A model generated the notes under the pieces. That model did no database searches and was not told the origin of the DNA. It saw only the letters and a list, made by a program, of their open reading frames with translations. Shown here piece after piece: positions 20,520 through 28,613 of a DNA stretch of 55,440 bases. Numbering within the stretch: the stretch's first letter is position 1; each line of letters opens with the position of its first letter. Source of the stretch: an uncultured virus (IMG/VR IMGVR_UViG_3300042295_000410) (taxonomy: Duplodnaviria > Heunggongvirae > Uroviricota > Caudoviricetes); IMG/VR virus record IMGVR_UViG_3300042295_000410. One strand, written 5' to 3'. Both the position numbers and the translations under genes were made by a program.

Positions 20520-21055
20520 ACCACATTGATATCAACAAGGCTATAACTAATAGGTCCCTCTTTACTGGGCGTGAAGAAGGTACCTATTTTACAGGCGAGC
20601 TTTATGACTATGTATGTGATAACCATGACGACCCGTTTATTCTTTTTAAACTAGCAGTCTACGGTTATTACGCAAAAGAATATAAATGGACTAGAGAGCA
20701 AGCAGATCAATTTATTGAAGATCATAAAGAGAATTCAATAAAATGGACTGACGGAGTAAATGAATATTATTACGATTGGGGCAAGGGCAAAAATTTGATT
20801 ACCTCAGATTATCTGCATGTTCCTAATCTAGACCATATTGTTCCAAAAAGTCTCGGCGGCAAGGATGTTCCAGGAAATCTACGTATCCGATGCAGGCGTC
20901 TGAATGAAAATAGAGGAAATACTAATTCGGATAAAGAACGCAGAGCCACTATCATTGATCTTTATCAAGATATGTCGTCAGATGAGCAACAAAAGTTAAT
21001 CATCTACCTAGAAAGTTTGGGTAAATTAAACATTGACAACTTGAACAATAAATAA
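20516..21055 (+). CDS. HNH endonuclease-domain protein
   Basis: LDHIVPKSLGG...NLRIRCRRLNENRGN. Confidence 0.75.
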   Translation: MNHIDINKAITNRSLFTGREEGTYFTGELYDYVCDNHDDPFILFKLAVYGYYAKEYKWTREQADQFIEDHKENSIKWTDGVNEYYYDWGKGKNLITSDYLHVPNLDHIVPKSLGGKDVPGNLRIRCRRLNENRGNTNSDKERRATIIDLYQDMSSDEQQKLIIYLESLGKLNIDNLNNK

Positions 21056-21061
21056 TACACT
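21016..21061 (+). promoter_or_regulatory. sigma70 promoter with TTTGG box
   Basis: TTTGGGTAAA; TTGACA(21033)-17-TACACT. Confidence 0.7.
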
Positions 21062-21079
21062 AAACACAAGGAGATAATC

Positions 21080-21154
21080 ATGGCACGTAGATCAGATAGG
21101 GCAACAAGTCCAATTAAAGTTGCAGTTCGCCGCCAACTTAGAAAGAAAAAATGA
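21080..21154 (+). CDS. basic micropeptide 1 (24 aa)
   Basis: MARRSDRATSPIKVAVRRQLRKKK, AGGAG SD. Confidence 0.65.
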   Translation: MARRSDRATSPIKVAVRRQLRKKK

Positions 21155-21228
21155 TGGCTAAATTTAGAGCACATCATCCTCGATCAGTACGTGCTACTGC
21201 ACGTCGAATTGTCAAAAAAAGGAAATAA
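21151..21228 (+). CDS. basic micropeptide 2 (25 aa)
   Basis: MMAKFRAHHPRSVRATARRIVKKRK, ATGA coupling. Confidence 0.6.
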   Translation: MMAKFRAHHPRSVRATARRIVKKRK

Positions 21229-21231
21229 CTT

Positions 21232-21333
21232 ATGCCAAGCCCACGCAAAGTCAGTCAAATCTTAAAAGGCAAAAAGCCCCCAAAGCCAAAGACTGTAAAC
21301 GAAATGGCTCGTCGAGCCGCAAAAAAGCGTTAA
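21232..21333 (+). CDS. basic micropeptide 3 (33 aa)
   Basis: MPSPRKVSQILKGKKPPKPKTVNEMARRAAKKR, AAGGA SD. Confidence 0.6.
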   Translation: MPSPRKVSQILKGKKPPKPKTVNEMARRAAKKR

Positions 21334-21378
21334 TAAATTTTATGCTGTGAGAAACGGCATTTTACAAGGAGAAATTGT

Positions 21379-21660
21379 ATGAAAGAACATAATGTATTAA
21401 TTCGTCACTACCGAGACGGCTCAATCGGTATTCACGCCCGCAAAAACGTGGGCGAAAACAAAGTAGAAATTCACGAGTCTTGGGCACAAGCATCTCTAGA
21501 TGTTATGAGCAAGACTTACCAAAAGATTCGAGCAGGAGAATTGGTAAGAGTTGAAACAGTTATCCAAAATCTAAGCAAATCTGATGCACAGGCCGCTAAA
21601 CGATTTCTAATCATGTATTTCCAAAATCAGGGTATTTCTGTAGTTAATCCAGAATCTTAA
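21379..21660 (+). CDS. hypothetical protein
   Basis: 93 aa, AGGAG SD. Confidence 0.75.
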   Translation: MKEHNVLIRHYRDGSIGIHARKNVGENKVEIHESWAQASLDVMSKTYQKIRAGELVRVETVIQNLSKSDAQAAKRFLIMYFQNQGISVVNPES

Positions 21661-21729
21661 TTTGGATAAATTTGGCAACGCCTGGGTCTGACATTCCTGC
21701 CGCTGACCAAGATAATCTAGGACGTTAAT

Positions 21730-22050
21730 ATGTTTGACTGGTTTAAAAATTTTAAAAACTCTAGAGACGAGAACCAAAATCACGGGTATACAAATATGGA
21801 AAATAAAATTAATCCAATCCCTCCTATTCCTAATATTCCAAAAAATCAATTTCGTGATCACTATAGAGTAGGTTACGACAATGAAACAGGATCAACTACT
21901 TTAACTCTACATACTGATGTAACCAGTATGACTTTAAGTCTAGGACCCCCTGATGTTCTTAGGCTCATTCGGATGCTAGGTGCAACACTAGACGATGAAG
22001 ATATTATCGGACATATGCATGACGGAGATCTCGATGAGGATGACGAATGA
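21730..22050 (+). CDS. hypothetical protein
   Basis: 106 aa downstream of CTGACA-17-GATAAT promoter. Confidence 0.65.
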   Translation: MFDWFKNFKNSRDENQNHGYTNMENKINPIPPIPNIPKNQFRDHYRVGYDNETGSTTLTLHTDVTSMTLSLGPPDVLRLIRMLGATLDDEDIIGHMHDGDLDEDDE

Positions 22051-22340
22051 TAGCGATTACCTTTGCCATACAGAATCCTCGATTTAAAGGTTGGAAGAGT
22101 TTTAAGAACATCCGACATTGGCATGGTGCTACTCCTTTTAAAAATAAGCATTGGGAGTTCGAGCTGCTTAAAAATGGTTGCATTGTAGAATTTGATTTTA
22201 CAGTAAGAACACGATGCGACCATTCTGGTGCAACATTAGGTCTGGGTCTGTTTGGCTACAGCATTAACGCAACTCTTTATGACAATCGTCATTGGGACGT
22301 TGAAAATAACTGTTGGAAAGTATATGGGCAATCAAACTGA
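22047..22340 (+). CDS. hypothetical protein
   Basis: 97 aa, ATGA overlap. Confidence 0.7.
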   Translation: MIAITFAIQNPRFKGWKSFKNIRHWHGATPFKNKHWEFELLKNGCIVEFDFTVRTRCDHSGATLGLGLFGYSINATLYDNRHWDVENNCWKVYGQSN

Positions 22341-22572
22341 TTATTTTAACAAGATTGGATACAAGCATACCTATAACATAGGTGATCGTGTATTTGGTCA
22401 CTATAATAAAATCCCATTTGTTGGTACAGTAGGTAATGACCGCAAAATTAACGACATCGACGGGCCGGAAGTAACTATACACTTAGATTTGCCTATACGA
22501 GTTAATGATAAAATAACTTTGTTTATCATAGTCAAACATAAAGACATCAAATTTAAATTAAAAGAAACATAA
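22324..22572 (+). CDS. hypothetical protein
   Basis: 82 aa from MGNQTDY. Confidence 0.65.
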   Translation: MGNQTDYFNKIGYKHTYNIGDRVFGHYNKIPFVGTVGNDRKINDIDGPEVTIHLDLPIRVNDKITLFIIVKHKDIKFKLKET

Positions 22573-22573
22573 T

Positions 22574-22792
22574 ATGAAATCAATTATAATTATTACAGCA
22601 CTGCTCTTAACGGGATGTGCAACAAATCCAGATGTAGAGAAAAGTGTCAGTCGTGATAAAACTATGAACGACATGGCAAAGACAGCACTGATTAACGAGA
22701 TGCTTAACAGTCGAGATCCTGCTGTGAGATTAGAAGGTGCTAGAATTGCCAAAGACTTCGTCGCACCGAAACGAAGATTATTTGATTTTTGA
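22574..22792 (+). CDS. small lipoprotein
   Basis: Signal peptide with lipobox LLTGC. Confidence 0.75.
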   Translation: MKSIIIITALLLTGCATNPDVEKSVSRDKTMNDMAKTALINEMLNSRDPAVRLEGARIAKDFVAPKRRLFDF

Positions 22793-22797
22793 ATAAC

Positions 22798-22823
22798 CTA
22801 TTATTGACATAGGAAAAATCAAT
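22798..22823 (+). promoter_or_regulatory. OxyR-like binding site upstream of ahpC
   Basis: CTAT-N7-ATAG-N7-CAAT (three of four OxyR tetramers in register). Confidence 0.5.
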
Positions 22824-22927
22824 GGAAAACCATGAGTTTTTAGTTGATTGCTATTGTAAATAACTGTACAATAAACACACGCAGAATAATTCTGCAAATT
22901 TTTCATTTCACACACAAAGGAGATATT

Positions 22928-23467
22928 ATGAAAACAGTTGGCGACAAATTAGCCCCATTCGCAGTCACTGGTGTTAAGCCAGGACAACCAGAAGACGCTT
23001 TCTTTACAATTACAGATGAGAGCTGGCCAGGCAAGTGGAAAGTAATCGTATACTACCCAAAAGACTTTACATTTGTATGCCCTACAGAAATTGTGGCATA
23101 CGACAAACTAACAGATGACTTTTTTGATCGTGATGCCGTTCTATTGACCGGTTCAACCGATAACGAATTCTGTAAGACAGCTTGGCAAACGGCTCACCCA
23201 GATTTAAAGAAGATCACACACACTCAATTTGCTGATACACAGCGTGGTGAGTTGAGCTTGATTGAGCAATTAGGCGTATTCTACGCTCCAGCAGGTGCTG
23301 CACTTCGTGCTACATTCATTGTTGATCCAAACAACGAAATCCAACACGTCACAGTCAACAACTTGAACGTTGGTCGTAGTCCAGAAGAAACCCTGCGTGT
23401 GCTTGATGCCCTGCAGACTGGCGAACTGTGTGCATGTAACCGCACAGTTGGCGGCGAGACTCTGTAA
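22928..23467 (+). CDS. ahpC: peroxiredoxin AhpC
   Basis: YPKDFTFVCPTEI, ALRATFIVDP, GELC; AGGAG SD. Confidence 0.95.
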   Translation: MKTVGDKLAPFAVTGVKPGQPEDAFFTITDESWPGKWKVIVYYPKDFTFVCPTEIVAYDKLTDDFFDRDAVLLTGSTDNEFCKTAWQTAHPDLKKITHTQFADTQRGELSLIEQLGVFYAPAGAALRATFIVDPNNEIQHVTVNNLNVGRSPEETLRVLDALQTGELCACNRTVGGETL

Positions 23468-24117
23468 TGTTAGAGACTATATGCGATACTTTGGTTGAAG
23501 CATATAGACGCAACTGGATTACCAGTCGTGATGGCAATGTTTCGATTCGCCATCACGACCGTGATCACTTTTATATCACACCCAGTGGCGTCCGTAAGCA
23601 AACCATGCAGCCAGACCAGTTTAAGAAGATTGGTATTGAACAAGGCTACTATGACCAACCTCCTAGGCCATACTATTCTTGGAAAGAATTGGCATATACT
23701 GACATCAGTGAGAAGCTAAAACCTAGTGGAGAATTACCTCTGCATTTTGGCTTACAAAAGAATATGGGTCAGCATAGTAATGATGTTAGAGTAGTAGTTC
23801 ACTTACACCCTACCTATTGTATTGCGGCCATGCATGCCGGCATTGATTTAAGTACTATCAGTTCAGCATTTCCAGAATTAAATCGTTACACTAAGGTAGC
23901 ACCTAATGTGGGTGATGTTGCTCCAATTAGTCAAGAGCTTGCTGACCGTTGCCATGAGAATCTTAAGTTAGACAGTGCGGGTAACATTAAGTATGATATT
24001 GTGGGCATCAAGGGCCACGGCGTGGTAGCAATTGATACAAGTCCGTGGCGTGCATTTGAACACATTGAACGATTGGAACACATTTGCCAAATCGTATTAG
24101 CATCAGGAAAATATTAA
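23467..24117 (+). CDS. class II aldolase/adducin family protein
   Basis: DGNVS, ITPSG, PSGELPLH, VHLHP, GHGV. Confidence 0.88.
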   Translation: MLETICDTLVEAYRRNWITSRDGNVSIRHHDRDHFYITPSGVRKQTMQPDQFKKIGIEQGYYDQPPRPYYSWKELAYTDISEKLKPSGELPLHFGLQKNMGQHSNDVRVVVHLHPTYCIAAMHAGIDLSTISSAFPELNRYTKVAPNVGDVAPISQELADRCHENLKLDSAGNIKYDIVGIKGHGVVAIDTSPWRAFEHIERLEHICQIVLASGKY

Positions 24118-24118
24118 A

Positions 24119-24625
24119 ATGAGCTTTATTGAATCAGTAAAAGGTGCGTTGCCAGACTATGCCAAAGACACTAAGTTAAATCTTGACGCTGTGCTACTTC
24201 GTAGCACATTGGATGCAGATGTGGCCATAGGTTGTGCTGTGGCTGCATTGGCTGCAACTGGTAACGGTAAGGTATTGGGCATCTTGTTAGCGGATGCTCC
24301 TGTCCACGCAGAGTCAGCTATGTGTGCCGCTTCAATTATGAGCCAAAACAACACGTGGTACCCCTTTGTTGAAATGGCTGATGATCCTGGTCTAAAAGGA
24401 TTGCCGGCACAGTTGCGAATGAACGCCATTGCCAATCATGGCGGAACTACCAAGAGCAACTTTGAAGCATTCAGTTTAGCCGCAAGCATTGTCGGTAAGT
24501 GTCACTTCTGTGTGAAAGCACATTACGAGACATTGAAGACAGAAGGCTACACAGTGGAACAACTTCGTGATATTGGACGTATTGCCAGTGTCATGAATAG
24601 TGTTGCTAAAGTATTAAACAGTTAA
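24119..24625 (+). CDS. ahpD: alkylhydroperoxidase AhpD
   Basis: LPDYAKD.KLNL, MSQNN.WY, CHFCVKAH. Confidence 0.92.
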   Translation: MSFIESVKGALPDYAKDTKLNLDAVLLRSTLDADVAIGCAVAALAATGNGKVLGILLADAPVHAESAMCAASIMSQNNTWYPFVEMADDPGLKGLPAQLRMNAIANHGGTTKSNFEAFSLAASIVGKCHFCVKAHYETLKTEGYTVEQLRDIGRIASVMNSVAKVLNS

Positions 24626-24671
24626 TTTGGCAAAATAACCGGTTTACAGGGTCCGTAAAACCCTGTATAAT
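24626..24671 (+). promoter_or_regulatory. sigma70 promoter with TTTGG box
   Basis: TTTGGCAAAA; TTTACA(24643)-17-TATAAT. Confidence 0.75.
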
Positions 24672-24727
24672 AAATACATACAGCAAAGAGATAGACTCCG
24701 AGCGTACATTATACAAAGGATTTTTGT

Positions 24728-25084
24728 ATGTCAAAAGCAACTACATTCACCATCAAAAAAACCTATGCGTTGTCAGCAATTGACAAGGCAGGCAAGCGTG
24801 TCTATTACGACACTGATTCACACTCAGGCGGTTATCCGTATTGGAGCCCTTACTTCTCCCAAGACAAAACTTGGGAATCGCTGGACAAGATTCCAATATT
24901 CTCCAGCACAGACTACATGCGTCGAGACGTTGTCAGTATCGAAGTTCTGGAAGTCGAGATCCAAGCTAAAGTGATTCTAACTACTGAAATCATGTCAGAA
25001 GCCCGAGCAAAAGCCAAAGCAGAGATTACCCAAATTCGCAAAGAATTGGCCCGCAAACTTGCCATGTTGGAAGGCACAAAATGA
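24728..25084 (+). CDS. hypothetical protein
   Basis: 118 aa, AAGGA SD. Confidence 0.75.
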   Translation: MSKATTFTIKKTYALSAIDKAGKRVYYDTDSHSGGYPYWSPYFSQDKTWESLDKIPIFSSTDYMRRDVVSIEVLEVEIQAKVILTTEIMSEARAKAKAEITQIRKELARKLAMLEGTK

Positions 25085-26100
25085 CTAAAAAATATCACAC
25101 CCTAGTGCTCATTGGGCGCTTTCAACCATTTCACAGTGCTCACCTTGAGATTGTAAAACGTGCCACTGCCCTATGCGAACAGTTAGTAATTATCACTGGT
25201 TCTGCCGCACAACCCCGTACTTACAAGAATCCGTTCACAAGTGCAGAACGTGCGGGCATGATCAAATCGGCTACCCGTGGATTGAATATGCAAATCTACA
25301 TTGAACCCAATGTAGACACTATCTATAACGATCAAGCCTGGGCAGTGCGTATCCAAGGCATTGTCAGCAAGTATGCAGTCCTTGGTACCAAGACTGGTAT
25401 TATTGGACACAAGAAAGACGACAGTAGCTTCTATCTGGACATGTTCCCACAATGGGGATATGAAAACGTGGAACTGATTGAGTTCCTTAGTGCTGTTGAC
25501 ATTCGTGATCTTTACTTCAAGCGTGATGTCAACATGAAGTTCATTAAAGGTGTTGTGCCAGAAACTGTGTTTGAGTTCTTGGATGAATTCCGCCACCATG
25601 CCGAATATGAACAAATTATCCGTGAGCGAGAGTTTGTTGCAAACTATAAGAAACAGTATGCGTCATTGCCATATCCTCCAATCTTCAGCACTGCTGATAG
25701 TGTTGTGATCTGTTCAGGTCATGTGCTGATGATCAAACGCCGTGCAGAGCCCGGCAAGGGCTTGTGGGCACTGCCAGGCGGCTACGTCAACGCCAATACC
25801 GACAAGTCAGTTGAAGATGCGGCTATCCGTGAACTGCGTGAAGAAACTATGATTAAAGTGCCTGCTCCGGTGTTGCGTGGATCGATTGTTCGCAGTAAGG
25901 TATTTGATGCGGTTGACAGAAGTCCTAGAGGACGTATAATTACACATGCGTTTCACATCCAACTGCCAGACGGTGAGTTGCCAAAAGTAAAAGGCAGTGA
26001 CGATGCTGAGAAAGCACGTTGGGTACCTATTGCAGAGGTTCGAAGCGAAGAATGCTTTGAAGACCATTTTGAAATCATCTCACATTTTGTAGGAGCATAA
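25081..26100 (+). CDS. nadM: bifunctional NMN adenylyltransferase / Nudix ADP-ribose hydrolase (NadM-Nudix, NatV-like)
   Basis: IGRFQPFHSAH, KNPFT; Nudix box GG....K.VEDAAIRELREET; GSDDA. Confidence 0.93.
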   Translation: MTKKYHTLVLIGRFQPFHSAHLEIVKRATALCEQLVIITGSAAQPRTYKNPFTSAERAGMIKSATRGLNMQIYIEPNVDTIYNDQAWAVRIQGIVSKYAVLGTKTGIIGHKKDDSSFYLDMFPQWGYENVELIEFLSAVDIRDLYFKRDVNMKFIKGVVPETVFEFLDEFRHHAEYEQIIREREFVANYKKQYASLPYPPIFSTADSVVICSGHVLMIKRRAEPGKGLWALPGGYVNANTDKSVEDAAIRELREETMIKVPAPVLRGSIVRSKVFDAVDRSPRGRIITHAFHIQLPDGELPKVKGSDDAEKARWVPIAEVRSEECFEDHFEIISHFVGA

Positions 26101-26101
26101 T

Positions 26102-26344
26102 ATGAACGAACGAATTCGAGAACTTGCTGAACAGGCTACTTCCCACATGCCCGGACATCCTCCATACGACGGCTTGACATTTGACGTGTTCGATAAAGAA
26201 AAGTTCGCCGAGTTGATTGTGAGAGAATGTGTGGAACTTGTATCTGCCAACAGAGACCTGGCTATTGAAGATGGATGGAATGTGGATGAAGCAATGTCCA
26301 CAGCAATCAATGATATTGAAGAACATTTCGGAGTTGAAGAATGA
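26102..26344 (+). CDS. hypothetical phage protein (paralog of next ORF)
   Basis: EKFAELIVREC...EHFGVE. Confidence 0.75.
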   Translation: MNERIRELAEQATSHMPGHPPYDGLTFDVFDKEKFAELIVRECVELVSANRDLAIEDGWNVDEAMSTAINDIEEHFGVEE

Positions 26345-26592
26345 ACAAACAACTGATTAGAGATTTAGCCATCACAGGCGGCATTTATGATTGTATTTGT
26401 GATCCATACGACAAACTAGAGAACGGTGATTACTACAGTAGTGTAATGGTTGATTTGGAGCGTTTCGCTGAGAAGATTGTGAGGCAATGTGCTGAGATTG
26501 CTGATACGGAGAGACCCAATTCAGTTGGTTGTGGATATATTACCAAAACAAACGGTATGAGAATCAAAGAACATTTCGGAGTAGAACTATGA
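26341..26592 (+). CDS. hypothetical phage protein (paralog of previous ORF)
   Basis: ERFAEKIVRQC...EHFGVE. Confidence 0.75.
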   Translation: MNKQLIRDLAITGGIYDCICDPYDKLENGDYYSSVMVDLERFAEKIVRQCAEIADTERPNSVGCGYITKTNGMRIKEHFGVEL

Positions 26593-27062
26593 CATTAAAA
26601 CATACTAAAGGCAATCTGCTCGACCTGGCAGAAGCGGGAGACTTTGACATTGTTGTCCAAGGCTGTAACTGCTTCAACACCATGGGTGGCGGCATTGCTC
26701 GTGAGATTCGTGAGCGTTATCCAATGGCTGCATTAGTTGATAATGAGACCGTAAAAGGCGACTACCGCAAGTTGGGCAATTTTACCACAGCCTTTACCGG
26801 CAAGTTTTTGATTGTTAATGCTTACACTCAATACAATATGAGTCGCGGCACTGATGTATTTGAGTACACTGCCTTTCAATTGATTTTGGAAAAGCTGGCC
26901 TTTGTCTTTCCTGGCAAACGGATTGGCTTGCCCTATATTGGGTGTGGACTTGCCGGTGGCGAACAGGAAACTATTGTTGACATGATCGACGTATTTGCCG
27001 GACGAATTGCCCTTGAAGGCGGCACAGTCACACTAGTAGAATTTGGCCAAAGAATTAGTTGA
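26589..27062 (+). CDS. macro domain (ADP-ribose binding/hydrolase) protein
   Basis: KGNLL, QGCNC..TMGGGIA, PYIGCGLAGG. Confidence 0.9.
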   Translation: MTLKHTKGNLLDLAEAGDFDIVVQGCNCFNTMGGGIAREIRERYPMAALVDNETVKGDYRKLGNFTTAFTGKFLIVNAYTQYNMSRGTDVFEYTAFQLILEKLAFVFPGKRIGLPYIGCGLAGGEQETIVDMIDVFAGRIALEGGTVTLVEFGQRIS

Positions 27063-27141
27063 CGCAGACATAGGGTCTGTGTTATACTATAAACAAGTCC
27101 AAGCGATAGACGCCTGGCAATTTTGATAAAGGAACTTTATT

Positions 27142-28536
27142 ATGAAACTCGCAAAAAATCTTATTTTGAACACTGACAGCTACAAAGTCAGCATGTTCAA
27201 ACAATACCCAGCAGGTACTACAGGTGTATATTCATATATCGAGTCTAGAGGCGGGCGGTACGATAGAACAGTATTCTTCGGATTACAGGCTTTTATCAAA
27301 GAGTACCTTCTCGAACCCATCACCCAAGCAGACATTGACATCGCTGAAGAAATCCTTACCCTACACGGTGAGCCTTTCAACCGAGCAGGATGGCAATACA
27401 TACTGGACAAGCACCGTGGATACCTCCCAGTTGTCATTCGGGCCGTGCCAGAAGGAACTGTGGTCCCCGTCAAAAATGTACTTGCGACAATTGAAAACAC
27501 AGATCCAGAATGCTTCTGGTTGACCACTTGGTTGGAAACTGCCCTGCTTCGTGCAGTGTGGTATGGTACTACTGTGGCAACACAATCATACACAATTAAA
27601 CAAGTCATTCTTGACTTCTTGGAGAGAACTGGTGATCCTACTACTATCGATTTTAAGTTGCACGACTTTGGTGCTCGTGGCGTATCTAGCCTTGAAAGTG
27701 CTGGCATTGGCAGTGCCGCGCACTTGGTCAACTTTATGGGAACTGACACTATTACTGGTGTTCTGTTTGCTCGTGAATATTACAATGCTGGTATTGCTGG
27801 TTTCTCAATCCCAGCCGCAGAGCATAGTACAATCACCAGTTGGGGTCGTGACGGGGAAGTAGATGCTTACAGAAATATGCTTACCCAGTTCGCTCGTCCC
27901 GGTACTATCCTCGCTGTTGTCAGTGATAGTTATGATATCTACAACGCAGCCTCTAAGCTCTGGGGCGAAGAACTTCGCCAACAGGTTATCGATAGTGGTG
28001 CTACTGTTGTCATTAGGCCTGATAGTGGCGATCCTGTCGAAGTCAACCGTCGTCTAGTTGAAATCCTGGGCGAGAAGTTTGGCTACACAGTTAACGCTAA
28101 AGGATTCAAGGTACTGAACAATGTGCGTCTGATCCAAGGTGACGGCATCAACGAACTCACTGTTCGCAGTATCCTTGGTGCGTTCATGGCCATGGGTTGG
28201 AGTGCCGATAACATTGCTTTTGGTATGGGCGGTGCCCTGTTGCAGATTGTAGATCGTGACACGCAGAAGTTTGCCCTAAAAGCAAGTGCAGCCTGTATCA
28301 ACGGAACCTGGGTAGATGTCCAGAAAGATCCTGTCACTGATCCAGGTAAGAAAAGCAAGAAAGGCCGAGTCGAACTGTGGGAGTCCGGCGGAGAATATCA
28401 ATCCTCCGTAGAACAACCAAAAGGTTGGACTGATCGAGGACTCGAGTGGAAGTCTTCTCTACAGAAGGTATTCGAGAACGGCAAACTTTACAACGAGATT
28501 TCGTTCGAAGAAGTTCGAGCTAACGCTCGCAAATAA
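27142..28536 (+). CDS. nadV: nicotinamide phosphoribosyltransferase (NAMPT)
   Basis: TDSYK, LHDFGARG, PAAEHS, VSDSYD, IRPDSGDP, QGDG. Confidence 0.95.
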   Translation: MKLAKNLILNTDSYKVSMFKQYPAGTTGVYSYIESRGGRYDRTVFFGLQAFIKEYLLEPITQADIDIAEEILTLHGEPFNRAGWQYILDKHRGYLPVVIRAVPEGTVVPVKNVLATIENTDPECFWLTTWLETALLRAVWYGTTVATQSYTIKQVILDFLERTGDPTTIDFKLHDFGARGVSSLESAGIGSAAHLVNFMGTDTITGVLFAREYYNAGIAGFSIPAAEHSTITSWGRDGEVDAYRNMLTQFARPGTILAVVSDSYDIYNAASKLWGEELRQQVIDSGATVVIRPDSGDPVEVNRRLVEILGEKFGYTVNAKGFKVLNNVRLIQGDGINELTVRSILGAFMAMGWSADNIAFGMGGALLQIVDRDTQKFALKASAACINGTWVDVQKDPVTDPGKKSKKGRVELWESGGEYQSSVEQPKGWTDRGLEWKSSLQKVFENGKLYNEISFEEVRANARK

Positions 28537-28540
28537 AACT

Positions 28541-28579
28541 AACAAGGGGCTATACAACCCCTTGTTTTTATTGTATAAT
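28541..28579 (+). terminator. terminator hairpin overlapping a sigma70 promoter
   Basis: AACAAGGGG/CCCCTTGTT + U tract; TATACA in loop -17- TATAAT. Confidence 0.65.
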
Positions 28580-28613
28580 TTACACATAGCAACAAAACAC
28601 ACTGAAAGACAGT

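Noticed and set aside
19223..21670. 13-bp direct repeat TAATTTGGATAAA as a target-site duplication
   Set aside because: Resembles stop codon plus the recurrent TTTGG promoter box; no integrase or transposase nearby. Not fully excluded
24681..24686. CAGCAA near the nadM operon promoter
   Set aside because: Lacks the AGGWT stem and complementary 3' strand, so not counted as a family member
26102..26592. Tandem paralogous small ORFs as a repeat element
   Set aside because: Ordinary diverged duplicates of a small phage protein family
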